A stretch of 64,000 nt of DNA, taken from positions 124,001-188,000 of the forward strand of contig AP026129.1 of NCBI GenBank assembly GCA_030295235.1, written 5' to 3'. Numbering within the stretch: position 1 is the stretch's first letter; every line of letters starts with the position of its first letter. Positions 1 through 11,892 of the stretch are shown in pieces. The DNA is from Fistulifera solaris. Taxonomy: Eukaryota. The position numbers and the translations under genes are program-made. The notes below the pieces were generated by a model, which had not been told where the DNA came from, searched no databases, and was given only the letters and a program-made list of their open reading frames with translations.

Positions 1-78
1 TTGCAACGCCGGAGGCAGCGCCGCACCGGCAGTAGCTTTCATTGCATCGTTCCAAGCTTTTCGAGCTGTCGCGGCCAT
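1..78 (-). CDS. 5' end of an unidentified gene running off the window, divergent from adhE
   Basis: ATG at 78 after an A-rich leader; open to the window edge (MAATARKAWNDAMKATAGAALPPALQ...). Too short to identify. Confidence 0.45.
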   Translation of the reverse strand, partial: MAATARKAWNDAMKATAGAALPPALQ

Positions 79-618
79 TTTCTAATTGTTGCTTTTATGT
101 GAAGAGAACAATGAAACAAGAACGAATGGTTGATATCACAAATCAATATTAAGTAGCTCGTAAGTTTATCAAGGCGACAAGGTTGCCTGTATTAGTACAA
201 CAACACGCAAATGGTGGGACGCACGGACCGGACGGAAATAAGGACGATGTTCGTTTGTCGTTAATCGTGAAGAATAATCATCCCCGTGAACAACTTCTCC
301 GCTATGATCTAGAATACGCTTAAAGTGTAGGAGACTTTCGGGCTTCCACCAATGAAATAGTTCGCTTTCTTCTGCGAAAAGAATAGTATAGCATACTTTG
401 TACTTTGCAGAAACCCACGTTCTTTCCCAACGAATATCATCAGGAAGAGGATGATTCATTTTTCATTCGGAGATCGCATTCTGCGAAGCGAAACGAGAAC
501 GCTTTTGTGAGATTTTTTTTTCTCAATCTGATTCATTCATAAAATCAAAACATTCCGATCCAATCAAAAAGCCGAAAAAAAACAAACTAAACGACAAACA
601 AAAGAAGCATTCATTAGA

Positions 619-3488
619 ATGACTGATCTTCAAAAACTCGACGAACTCGTCAAGCGTGTCAACGCGGCTCAGAAAGTCTTCGCCACGTACTCACAAGAAC
701 AAGTCGACCAGATCTTCCGTCGCGGCAGCGTTGGCGGCCGATGCTCGCATCCCCTTGGCTACCATGGCCGCTGAAGAGTCCGGAATGGGTGTCATTGAAG
801 ATAAAGTCATCAAGAATCACTTTAGTTCGGAGTACATCTACAACAAATACAAGGATGAAAAGACCTGTGGAGTTCTCGGTCGATGACGAAATGGGCATCA
901 TGATCCTCGCAGAGCCCATTGGAACGATATGCGGCGTTGTTCCCTGCACGAACCCAACGTCTACGACTATTTTCAAGGTAAATACCATCATGATCATTTT
1001 CGTTAAACAATTGTCTGCTTCAACCGCTCACAAACTCGGTTTGTTCAACGCGAGCTCATTTGCTTGAAGACGCGCAACGCGATCGTCTTTTCTCCCCATC
1101 CACGCACCAAAAAAGTCTACCGCGTACACTCGCGAAATTGGTCTTGGACGCAGCAGTGGCTGCAGGAGCTCCTCCAGATATTATTGGCTGGATTGAAGAG
1201 CCTACTTTGGTCCTATCGCAAGCTCTGATGCATCATGACGGCATTGATCTCATCCTCGCTGACGGGTGGGCCAGCCATGGTCAAGGCGGCCTACTCTTCG
1301 GCAAAACCAGCTATCGGAGTGGGAGCTGGCAATACGCCAGTAGTAGTTGATGAAACAGCTGATGTCAAGCGCTGTATCGTCGATTCTCATGTCCAAGACA
1401 TTTGATAACGGGGTGGTGTGTGCCTCCGAACAATCGCGGTGTATTGTTGTCAATAGCATTTACGAACAAGTCAAAGAACGTTTTGCCAAGTACGGAGGTT
1501 ACTTCTTGAGTGCAGAGGAGGCGGAAAAAGTACGTGCTCTTCTCTTCATCAAGGGCTTTGAACGCTAAAATTGTCGGTCAATCGGCTCTCAAGATAGCTG
1601 AATTGGCTGGAATCACCGTCCCACCTTACACCAAAGTGCTTATTGGTGAGGGCAAGGTCTTGTCAGATGAAGATGACTTTGCTCATGAAAAACTCTCTCC
1701 GACTTTAGGATTCTATCGTGCCAGCAATTTCAACGGGCGGTTGACATGGCTGTTACGGCTGTCGCCATGGGTGGCGTTGGTGTAAGTTTTAAAAGTCATC
1801 ATTCTTTGTTGCTGACTCTCTCTTTATGGTGCCTAACTTTATTCTTCTGGATTCAACAGCACACATCTTGTCTATACACGGACCAAGATAAGAACGACGA
1901 CCGCATTCAATACTTTGCCAAGAAAATGAAGACCGCTCGAATCTTGCTCAACACGCCCCACCCTCGCGGTGGAATTGGTGACTTGTACAACTTTGCACTG
2001 GCTCCTTCTTTGACACTAGGTTGCGGTTCATGGGGTGGTAATTCAATCTCGGAAAATGTTGGACCCAAGCACTTGATCAACAAGAAAACGGTAGCCAAGC
2101 GAAGAAAATATGCTGTGGCACAAACTTCCTCCGTCGATCTACTTTCGTTTCGTGGGGCCATGGCAACCGCCATGGAGGATTTGAAAAGATTTCAAAAGGG
2201 CTGCCATTGTTACGGACAAGTATCTCTACAATAATACTCCACACGTCCATGAGTTGCATGACTTGCTGAAAGCACAAGGAATCGAGACGCAAACGTTCTC
2301 ACGAAGTCCAGGCCGATCCAACTCTGACTACCATTCGTAAAGGAACCGACATGTTGGAAAACTTTGTCCCTGATCTCATTATCGCCATAGGAGGAGGGAG
2401 TCCCATGGATGCCGCCAAAATGATGTGGGTCTTGTATGAGCATCCCGAAGTAGATTTCAAAGAGTTGTCGCTCCGTTTCATGGATATTCGCAAGCGTATC
2501 TTTCATTTCCCAAAAATGGGGACCAAAGCAAAACTTGTTTGCATCCCAACCACCAGTGGAACCGGAAGTGAGGTGACACCTTTCGCTGTCGTAACAGATG
2601 ACTCCACTTCCCAAAAGTATCCCTTGGCAGATTACGAATTGACGCCTTATATGGCGATTGTGGATGCTAACTTGATCATGGACATGCCAAAGGGTTTGAC
2701 GGCTGCTGGAGGCATTGACGCTGTCACCCATTCCATCAAGCCTATGTCTCTGTGCTCGCAAATGAATTCTCTGATGGACAGGCTTTACAGGCTTTGAAGT
2801 TGTTGAAAGCTTATCTCCCGCGTGCCTACAAAAAAAGGCGCCGATGACCCAGTAGCTCGTGAAAAGGTTCACAACGCAGCGACCTTGGCTGGTATAGCTT
2901 TTGCAAATTCGTTCTTGGGAGTTTGTCACTCGATGGCACACAAGCTTGGCGCTGAATTCCACATTCCTCATGGAATCGCCAATGCTCTTCTGTTGACCAA
3001 CACTATTCGGCTTCAATGCAACAAACTTGCCCACCAAGCAGACCGCATTTTCGCAGTACGATCGTCCAAATGCTCTTCGTCGCTATGGCGAGATTGCCTT
3101 GCACTTGGGTTTTACACAAGAGCACACGGTTGATCGTGTGAACGCGATGTTGGATTGGCTGGACGAGTTGAAACGCGATTTGGATATTCCAATGTCAATC
3201 CAAGAATGGGGGGTCGACGAAACCGAGTTTATGGAGAAGGTTGACCAACTGGCAGTGAATGCTTTTGATGATCAGTGCACTGGTGCAAATCCTAGGTATC
3301 CTTTGATAAGTGAACTCAGGAGCATACTCATTGATTCGTATTATGGCCGCCCTTATGTTGAGGAGTACGAGAGAGGACCTATCCGCAAGAACCAGTTCAA
3401 GGATTCTTTTACTATCATGAGCCCAGGAAATGGCTCTGAACACTCCTTTCAGATGGTAGGATCTACCGCAGAGGCTGAGAAGAATTGA
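619..3488 (+). CDS. adhE: Bifunctional acetaldehyde-CoA dehydrogenase / Fe-alcohol dehydrogenase AdhE; two introns and many frameshifts
   Basis: Stitched frames follow E. coli-type AdhE end to end: MTDLQKLDELVKRV, ADARIPLA, EDKVIKNHF, VPCTNPTST, GVGAGNTP, SKTFDNGVVCASEQS, HEKLSP, SLTLGCGSWGGNS, GGGSPMDAAK, GTGSEVTPFAV, CHSMAHKLG, HGIANA, AFDDQCTGANPRYP. Introns at about 978-1054 (GTAAAT..AG) and 1782-1859 (GTAAGT..CAG). More than 10 small indels. Confidence 0.93.
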
Positions 3489-3616
3489 AAGGCTGTTCAC
3501 TTGGAATGTTGTATAAAGTGAATGTATAAACTGAATTTGATTGCGCAACCTCTTCCTTCATTTTGCTTTTCGGTATAGATTGCATCAATTCTCTAATGTC
3601 GGTGCCTCTTCAAATG

Positions 3617-5025
3617 TCATTCTTCCTCATCCATTCCATTTATTTTTGCTAGAAAACAGTAACGACAATGCTCCAAACAAGCCGAAGCTTCCTGCTAAGG
3701 CGCAATCTGAACACCTAAGTTGTCTGCAAATAAGCCGAGAATAAAGGGAGCAATGATGTATGTTCCATCTCCGGTTGCCCTGGGCAATGCCATAGCTGTT
3801 GCCGGGCCTTGAGCTGTTGATCCAAAACTCCATAAGAGTACCACAGCGGAAAAAGCCAACACATGGCCTCGTTGTTGAAAGTAGCAAACGGAGAGTCGCC
3901 TTTCAAGGAAAGAGCCCATGGAATTGACATTAAGCCTGTTGCGCTGATCATTCCACCCAGTACACAAGTGGCACGCGCGCTTATCTTGTCTGTGCAGAAA
4001 CCACCTACTGCGGCACCAAGTAGTCCGGTCAACCCGGCCGCTGACAACAGAAGACCTGTGCCAGCAGCACCACCAGGCAAGCATTCTGTAGCCAGGATCG
4101 GTATTGACGCAATTTTCGCAGCAAATCCAAAACTTGCACCACTTTGACATAGGGCCAAGGCCTGCCAGCTGCGCTCTTTTAAGAGCAAAATCCAGTCCCC
4201 CGAACCAGCTGTGATATTCTCCGTTTCCTCATCATACCTATTTTCAGTGCTTTGCAAATTAACAATCGTTTCAGGTAAAATCCAATACAGGAACCAACAA
4301 ATAGTAGCAGCAGCACTGACACACAAGAACGACGCCGAGGTCCGTATTCTTCAACTATCAGACCTCCGATGGGTGCGCCAATAGCAATACCAAGAGCTGC
4401 AACGGCTTGTTGTGCGGCAACAACTTTCCCTCGCTGGCTTTCGACTCGTTGTGCTAAATCGGCCAGCATTCCCCGTTCTCCCGCTTTCGGACCAACTACG
4501 ACCCACTCCGAGACCAAATCGTGCTAAAATGAGCAGCGGCAGATTGGTAGCACAAGCGGTGCCGAGATCAGCTACTGCAATGATACCCATGCCCCAGATC
4601 ATTGCTACTTTTCGAGCCTTGTCGGCCTGCTTTCCCGACCAGTTGGCCAGAAGCAACAATCCTACTGCAGGTGTTGAAATCACGATTCCATTTGCTGGGG
4701 ACGAGGCCAATTTCCTTTCCATAGAGGGGGGATACTTGGGATAACAGCTCCTACTCCAAGAAAAAGTACGAACTGTGAAAGCAAAAGAAGCGCATGGCTT
4801 GGCGACACTTTCAGAAGGAAAGGCAAACCAATCAGGGCGCACGGTTTTCAGAAGGCAAACCTTTCACAATGGTGATAGGGACATTTGTTTGCACTGCTTT
4901 GGGGTAGACTTCGATGCGGAGGTTTCAGCACGGAGGGGTGGCGATAGTGTAAATGGTTTAGCACAGCGAAATAGCAGCAGAAGGACCCCGCAAAAGCATA
5001 AAGTTCTACTCCTTGCGATTATCAT
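3617..5025 (-). CDS. Major facilitator superfamily transporter (frameshifted), possible N-terminal signal/transit peptide
   Basis: Overlapping ORF fragments give successive TM helices with MFS motif A-like (SGKQADKARK; GGFCTDKISAR), ARFGLGVG and motif C-like (GIAIGAPIGG). ATG at 5025 begins MIIARSRTLCFCGVLLLLFRCAKPF. The 3' end is approximate. Confidence 0.75.
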
Positions 5026-5458
5026 CTTTTCGGGTTGAATATATTATTGTTATCGATCATTCCAACTAAATGAACAATGTAAGGAGCTAGAGCTTTGTTC
5101 CTCGATCGTCAGACGCATTTCGGCTTCATTTTTTCACCTCCGCCGTTGCTGACCTGCGCGTCGCGCGCTTTCGCGCTAAAAATACTTAAGCGGTGAAGAC
5201 GGCGCGCGCTTACCACTATGGGGTCGGGACAGCACCTATTCATAAATATAGTACTTTATGGCTTTTAAGTGACCATTTTTGATAAGACATAACGAATGAA
5301 TAAACGACCAAACACGAACAGCATCCCACCAATCATTCAAACGATAAACAAAATAACAAACATATTCTTTCTCGTTCTATCCTAACGAAACAAAGAAAAC
5401 CATTTGTATCTCTTTGAAGATAAAAGGTGTAAATAAAGTGAGTTAAGTTTATGCAGGC

Positions 5459-7477
5459 ATGACAGTATCATCTTTGTGGAAAGCGCTCAACTCCACAAAC
5501 TGTGGAAAGTCGATAGGAGAAAAAGAGCTCTCGACAGGATTGGCTGATCTTAGCGGCGTGAATCCTTGGAATTACAATGAGCGTGTGCGGTCACAAACAC
5601 TCGCCGTTGACCTATCCATTTGGATATGCGAATCCCTTACCTCTCACGGTCTCAATGAACACAATGTGAATCCGACACTTCATGTCGTGTTCTCGCGAAC
5701 TGTGAAATTGCTCAGTCTGGGCATCAAGCTTATCTTTGTTGTGGAAGGAAAGAGCCGCATTCGAACAAAGTCGGATGAAGATGATCGGTTTCGGAAACGA
5801 AGAAGCGGAACAGCTTTCTGGAAAGCGTGCCAACAGTGCCAGACAATGCTCGAACTACTGGGAGTGGTGGTGGTTACGGCCAAGGCGGAAGGAGAAGCGC
5901 TGTGCGCTTTGCTTAGTCAGCGTGGTCTCGTGGATGGTGTCATTTCGAATGACGGAGACTGCCTTTTGTTCGGTGCAGAGCGCGTCTATACAAAATTCTC
6001 TCTCGAAAACTTGGCAAAAGGATCGATCGTTCGCTACGACTTGAATGATTTGCGATCGTTTGTCGAGCGCAGTGGATCGTCCGACGACCAGTCTTCCAAT
6101 GCAGATGTACAGAAAAGCTCGGAGATGAAGATTAGTCGAGAAGATTTGATTGTATTTGCGCTTTTGACGGGTAGCGACATGGCCGGAGGTGGCCTGGAAA
6201 ACGTGGGGCACAAGAAAGCGCTAAGATTCATTCAAAAATGCAAGCACGACTATCCTCTCAGCGTAGACAGTGCAGCGCTTGATGAGATGAAATCTTGGGC
6301 CCGTGCTGCGAAAGCCGGTACTTTCCAGTCGCACGATTGGGAAGCCGACGAGAAACAGAAGCAAGAGGCTTGCTGCTCTCGATGTTGTCATGCTGGAACG
6401 AAACGCAACCACCGGAACCATGGCTGTGAAAAATGCGGGACTCAACCGGGAGAACCTTGTTTTAAATTTAGTGCAGACGACCGCTTTCGGCAAAGTTTAC
6501 GTATCAAGGCATTGCAACTCTATCCAAAATTCGATCCCTCGAAAGTCCTCGCAGCTTATACGTCTCCCAACGACAATCAATTGCCAATTCAGTTAGTTTC
6601 CCTATTGGGACAGGGAAGTGCTATTGAGATGAAGCCGCCACAGTTAAGAGAGTTGTTACAAACAAACCTGGTAATCAAAGGATTCACTTTGACGTCGAGT
6701 CACGAGTACATTCAGTATGCTGTGGGAGGCTTACTTTCTCGTTACGAATTGATGGAATCGGCTCCTGTAGACATGGATAGTGGATATGTGACGGAGACTC
6801 TTATGGCACATACAAAACGTGAACGACCCGTCCCAAAGTCCATTCAGAAATCGCTTACCCACCAAGGCGTCCCCTGCTATCAAATTCTCTGGCGTGTCAA
6901 TGGTACTGTAACGGATGAAAGCGGTGAAGGAATCGACGGATATGAGTACATGACCATCGAACAATGCGAAGTCTTCGAAAAGCGTTACCCAGACTTGGCT
7001 CATCAATTTCGAGAGGAAGAAGTGGAGCGTCTCAGACAGGGAGATAAGGAGAAGCAATGTCGTCAAAAGTTCTTGGAGGACATTTTATTCGAGACCAAAG
7101 CCGATGATGACGCTCAAAATCGAAAACGGAAACTTGCTTGCATCAAAATGCGGGGAGAATTTTTCGAGCAGAACATCCAAGCGCGCGCTAGCCATGAACA
7201 CAAGATTCAAGGGCGCCAGAGCCACGACGTCACTCAACTGCTGCGTTTTATGAAAAAGCCACTGACCCTGTCTTCTTCCCCTTTGACTACTTGCGCACGA
7301 AAGCCAACTTTGAAGTCGCAGCATTCTCAAATACCGCCGTTGAGCCCTTCACGAGAACTCTTCTGTAATATGGGTGAACTGTTGGTGCCGTTGACACCCA
7401 TCATGTCTCAACGGGGAGTTTTTCCTCCTCATCACATTCTCGTCGTCAAGAATATGACCGGCCATGACGAGCAGTAA
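5459..7477 (+). CDS. GEN1: XPG/Rad2-family flap endonuclease, GEN1-like Holliday junction resolvase
   Basis: XPG-N (MTVSSLW, LAVDLSIW, IFVVEG), XPG-I (EGEALCA, SNDGDCLLFG), H3TH (LLTGSD...G.G), Cys/His cluster CSRCCH..H..GCEKC as in plant GEN1, and a chromodomain-like CYQILW segment. Intact 672 aa ORF. Confidence 0.85.
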   Translation: MTVSSLWKALNSTNCGKSIGEKELSTGLADLSGVNPWNYNERVRSQTLAVDLSIWICESLTSHGLNEHNVNPTLHVVFSRTVKLLSLGIKLIFVVEGKSRIRTKSDEDDRFRKRRSGTAFWKACQQCQTMLELLGVVVVTAKAEGEALCALLSQRGLVDGVISNDGDCLLFGAERVYTKFSLENLAKGSIVRYDLNDLRSFVERSGSSDDQSSNADVQKSSEMKISREDLIVFALLTGSDMAGGGLENVGHKKALRFIQKCKHDYPLSVDSAALDEMKSWARAAKAGTFQSHDWEADEKQKQEACCSRCCHAGTKRNHRNHGCEKCGTQPGEPCFKFSADDRFRQSLRIKALQLYPKFDPSKVLAAYTSPNDNQLPIQLVSLLGQGSAIEMKPPQLRELLQTNLVIKGFTLTSSHEYIQYAVGGLLSRYELMESAPVDMDSGYVTETLMAHTKRERPVPKSIQKSLTHQGVPCYQILWRVNGTVTDESGEGIDGYEYMTIEQCEVFEKRYPDLAHQFREEEVERLRQGDKEKQCRQKFLEDILFETKADDDAQNRKRKLACIKMRGEFFEQNIQARASHEHKIQGRQSHDVTQLLRFMKKPLTLSSSPLTTCARKPTLKSQHSQIPPLSPSRELFCNMGELLVPLTPIMSQRGVFPPHHILVVKNMTGHDEQ

Positions 7478-7485
7478 ATCCGTTC

Positions 7486-8328
7486 TTATCCTTGTTGCTT
7501 CGTGCTCTTCTGATCATGGAGAATTTCCCCTGAACTAGTCGTAACACGAGCAATGTAATGCAACGATAGCTTTCCATCTTGTTTTCCAGGTGTCAATAGT
7601 ACCCCGTTCGCACTTTCATAAAAGAGAATCCCTTCATTGGCACATTTGAGAGCATCCGCATATATGTAGACTTGAGAAGACTTGCGCATTCCTGAGATGA
7701 CTTCTCCCAGCAACCCTTTCGCAAAATGAATATGCTGTCGATTCATTCGACTCAAATAGCCCGCGGCTTGTATATTCTTCCAAGCCTCCATAGAAGTCCC
7801 ATGTACAATGCACGGCATGTCTCTCAGTTGTTCGGGAGTGAGTGCCGTGAGCAAATGATCAGGATCGACAATGTGTTTGGGTAAGGAATGACCTTGATTG
7901 GCGCGAATGCACCAAATCATCTCTTCTGTTTCTGGTTGAACGAAAGGACTATCCGCATAATCACTAGCCGGCTTTTGTTGCAAAGCAAAGCGCTGTTTGT
8001 CATTGTTTTGTACAACAGCTTCCACTTGTTCTTTTGTATATCCTCGCAATTTCGGGTGCGTGCATTTTAGAATTTCGACGAGAGGAACAAAGCCATCCGT
8101 ACGCATCGTCAAATTCAACTGAGTGGCTTGATGACGCAATGCCCACGATAGTGCGTGTGACAATTGTTGCAACGGATTTTGATTGTTGTGATTCTTTTTT
8201 CGGTTATCGTTGCGTGGCCGTTTGGCTTTCGGAGGACGCGGTTGATGATGATGATTCGTATTTGTTGAAGGAGTTGCGGATGGCGTAGGAGACGAAGCAG
8301 AGGACAAAGCGTCGTTCATATTGCTCAA
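7486..8328 (-). CDS. TPT1: tRNA 2'-phosphotransferase (Tpt1/KptA)
   Basis: Motifs LSWALRH, NNDKQRF, IRANQGHS, HGT, LSRMNRQHIH, ISGMR, NGVLLT. Confidence 0.95.
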   Translation of the reverse strand: MSNMNDALSSASSPTPSATPSTNTNHHHQPRPPKAKRPRNDNRKKNHNNQNPLQQLSHALSWALRHQATQLNLTMRTDGFVPLVEILKCTHPKLRGYTKEQVEAVVQNNDKQRFALQQKPASDYADSPFVQPETEEMIWCIRANQGHSLPKHIVDPDHLLTALTPEQLRDMPCIVHGTSMEAWKNIQAAGYLSRMNRQHIHFAKGLLGEVISGMRKSSQVYIYADALKCANEGILFYESANGVLLTPGKQDGKLSLHYIARVTTSSGEILHDQKSTKQQG

Positions 8329-9182
8329 TAATATGCTTTTAGTGCTTTTTGTCCCCCTGTACCGGTATATTTAAGGAACAACTTTGTTGCTGCTCACGCA
8401 TTTGTCATGGTCATGATAGCGCTGTGTAATTATGCGTTATGCGGAGGAGTGTTGCTAATGCTTCATGTTTACTATAGGTTGAAGTGTTGTCTTGACGAAT
8501 CATCATCCGCGACTGTCATCCAGTCATGAGTCAAGATCATTCCGAGAAATAAGGCTGCTCTCTCGTTTCCTATCGTTCGGCTCGCTTCATAAAGCTACAA
8601 ATATTTTTTTTGGAAACAAATTACCTACAGCATTGCTCGAATTCCTAATGCAGATAATAACCATTGAAGTCGAAAAGTGTTCCAATTCTTTCTCGTCAGT
8701 ACTTTGTATTTACTATAGCGCAATGTGAATGCGACGTTTTCCCACGAGTGCATTCCGGTCACGGGTCAAGATTTTTCGAAGATAGACAGCAGACACATAG
8801 ACTATCCGTGCTAAAGGACTCTAGTATAAAACCTGCAAATTCTTTTCTTGCAATGCAATTACGATCAACATCATTTCTTATGCAGATAATGAGTGTGTTT
8901 TGAAAATTGCAAAGTCCACGAATACTTCTTATACTTACTTCCTTACTTTCAGGCATGATCACGTCTGAAGTCTGAACGTCACCGGGTAGCCACTGGAGAG
9001 ACACGTAACACGCACAGACCCAGCGGTCTACTTTCACGCATTATTTTTTTTCCTGTTGGATGAAATTGGCATTCTTTTATAGAATAAACATTATATCTTG
9101 CCTCTTCGTTTCCAGTTAGACTACAATATTTTACACTAACAGACAGAAAATAACAAAGAAGAACACGAAGAAGAAGAAGAAG

Positions 9183-11484
9183 ATGGCGAAAAAAGGCAAG
9201 AAAGACTCGGAAAAGAAAGCGGCATTACAAGCCAAAAAGGAAGCCAAAGCCGACAAGGCCGCTCGTAAACGACTCACGAAAGAAGCACGCAAAGATGCTC
9301 AGCAACAAGGCGATCATCTCTCCAATTCAAGCAATAAACTGATGGATTTTGATTTGGATGCTATGCTACAAGCCTATCGACAGAGCAATAATGCTGTCGA
9401 ACAGACTCAAGTTGAACCCATCGAAGGATTCCCACCGGCCCGGGCGAACGCCACATTGACTCTGACTGCCGATAAGAAACAGCGCAACGCTTCTCTCTAT
9501 CTGTTCGGCGGAGAGTATTACGATGGAGTCGAAAATATTGTACTGGATCAGTTATTCGTAACAGACTTGACAAATTGGAATTGGAAACGAATTCAAACAC
9601 CTCCACCGACACCGCCGCCACGATGTGCACATACAACCGTTTACTACAATCAGTCACTCTACGTATTTGGTGGAGAAATGGCGACGGCGGATGAGTATCA
9701 TCATTATAAAGATATATGGAAGTATCATATTCCGTCTCAGCAGTGGACGGAAATCAAACCTTCTTCTAAATTCGGGACACAACCAACACCGCGGTCGGGA
9801 CATTCGGCGGTGGTTTGGAAGCATTTCATGATTCTCTTTGGGGGTTTTTACGAAGCGATTCGTGATGTACCAAGATGGTACAACGATGTGACGGTGCTAA
9901 ACTTACAGACAGAGCAGTGGATGGATATACCACACAGTCGATTAACACAGCGTCCGGAGCCGCGATCCGCTTGCAATGTAGTAGTCTTACAAGACACCAT
10001 GCTCGTGCAAGGGGGCTTTTCGAAATTGAATCCTTCCGCCAATTCCACGGAAACAAAGGTACACACGGATGCATGGGTGTTGCATTTGGCGCCATTGTTG
10101 CAAAATAAGGCACCAACGTGGGAACGCCTTTTCTCGGCCAAAACAAAACGATCTGGGACGAGTGCTGTTGCGTATCAAGACAAACTGATGTTTGTCTATG
10201 GCGGAGTAGTCGATGCAGAAAAACTTAATCACAAAATCGAATCGGTTTTTTACAATGATATGTTTGCGTTGGACGCAACGCGGCGGAAATGGTTCCCATT
10301 GACGGTACGGAAGCTGAAACAGGATGTGACTACTACTAGTGCTGAGACAGAGAGCACACCTCAACAGGATAAAATAGAGGAAAAGGACGACGACAGAAAC
10401 AATGATTTTGGAGATGACGATGCTCTGCTACTGGAGGAAGAAAATCTCGACGAAGAAGCAGCATTAAACGCAGAGGGTTGGGATCTGGGAAAGCTTCGCT
10501 CCAACATGTTCGCCTTTATCGACGGAGAAGGTAACCTTGTCTACGAAAAGATTGATGATTCCGATGAGGAAGGTGATGGTGAGGAGCGCATGAATGATGA
10601 TGAAGAAGAAGAAAAGGAGGAGGAAAAAAGACAACGAGGAAAATGAAGAAGATGAGAAAGGGGAAGGAAAGGAGGACGAGGAGAAGGAGGAGGAGGAAGA
10701 AGAGGACGACGGGCACCTAAAGCACAAACAAGAGGGCCCAGCCGCGAAGGCACCATCAAATGCGATTACATCTTCGTCCGTCATGACATTACATCCCGAA
10801 ACACATGCTCCGGAAGCAGTGATTCAAAGTGAACCACTGCCGCGCATCAAGGCGTTATTGTTTGTGGCAGGCCATCACCTCTATATTTATGGCGGGTTGT
10901 TGGAAGTAGGGGACCGCGAAGTCACTTTAGATGATCTTTGGCGACTTGATTTACGGAAGCGCAATGGTTGGGAGTGCTTGTTCGTAGGGACGATGCATCA
11001 GCAGGTGTGGAGAGGTGCCATCCACGATGACGACGAAAGTTATGTTAGCAGTTCTGGTCCAGGCGGTGACGATAACGATGGGGATGATGACGACGATGAC
11101 GCATACCAGAGCCAATCAGCAAACTCGTCGTTACAGCAAGAAATTTCTGCGCTGAATCAACACTACGAGTTGACGGATGCGAATCGTACTCCCCAACCAT
11201 CCGAGATCTTGGCAGACTTTTACGCACGGACTGCGGACTATTGGAACGAACGAGCTGCCCAAATAGAATCCGGAGAAGAAATGACGCAAAAAGAACTCAA
11301 ACGCAAAGGATTCGGATTGGCGAAGGAACGCTACGAAGAGTTAGAGCCCATCTTAGAACGACTTCGTGAGTTGGAGATAACAACACCGCGCGCAGCAAAG
11401 ACCAAAAAGGACCGTAAAGTCCCGAAAGAAGAGAAGAAGAAGAGTTCAAAAGAGTCCAAGAAAATGCGTCAGCGCGAAAGATAG
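9183..11484 (+). CDS. KLHDC4: Kelch domain-containing protein 4 (Kel3-like) with C-terminal DUF4110; one frameshift near 10625
   Basis: Basic N-terminus, kelch repeats (LFGGEYY, PPRCAH, YVFGGE, PTPRSGH, LFGGFY), acidic tract, then YIYGG..E.GDREVTLDD and TPQPSEILADFYART in the shifted frame. The shift lies in an A-rich acidic tract. Confidence 0.88.
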
Positions 11485-11892
11485 TGAGGAGTATATACTT
11501 TGTAGCGCAGGACGATGATGCTAGACGCTAACCTTAGCTCCAAGTTAGTTACGATTGTTAATTTTTAACGATACGAAGGGAAAGAGGAAACAGACAAGAT
11601 AATGTAGCCTTAGAGAACTGACAACTTAAAACAGGATTCAACGTATTATAGAAAGATGGTTTATCATAAGTGACGACAGACAATATCCGGGTACCCCCTC
11701 TGTCGATAAATTTCCCTACGAGAGCTACGCGCAATTTACGTGGACATTCGTAGCGTTGCATCTGTCATGCTTTCTACGTCATAAAATAATCTAGTTATCT
11801 ACTTGTATGATCGCTCCACGTGAAGGCAGGAAATCTTTGTTCTCGTTCTTGTTGTCCCCTTAAAAAAGTATAGTAGGGAGTATTAGACAAAT

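Noticed and set aside
619..3488. Bacterial contamination
   Set aside because: Two GT-AG introns interrupt conserved coding positions and the flanks are continuous with eukaryotic genes.
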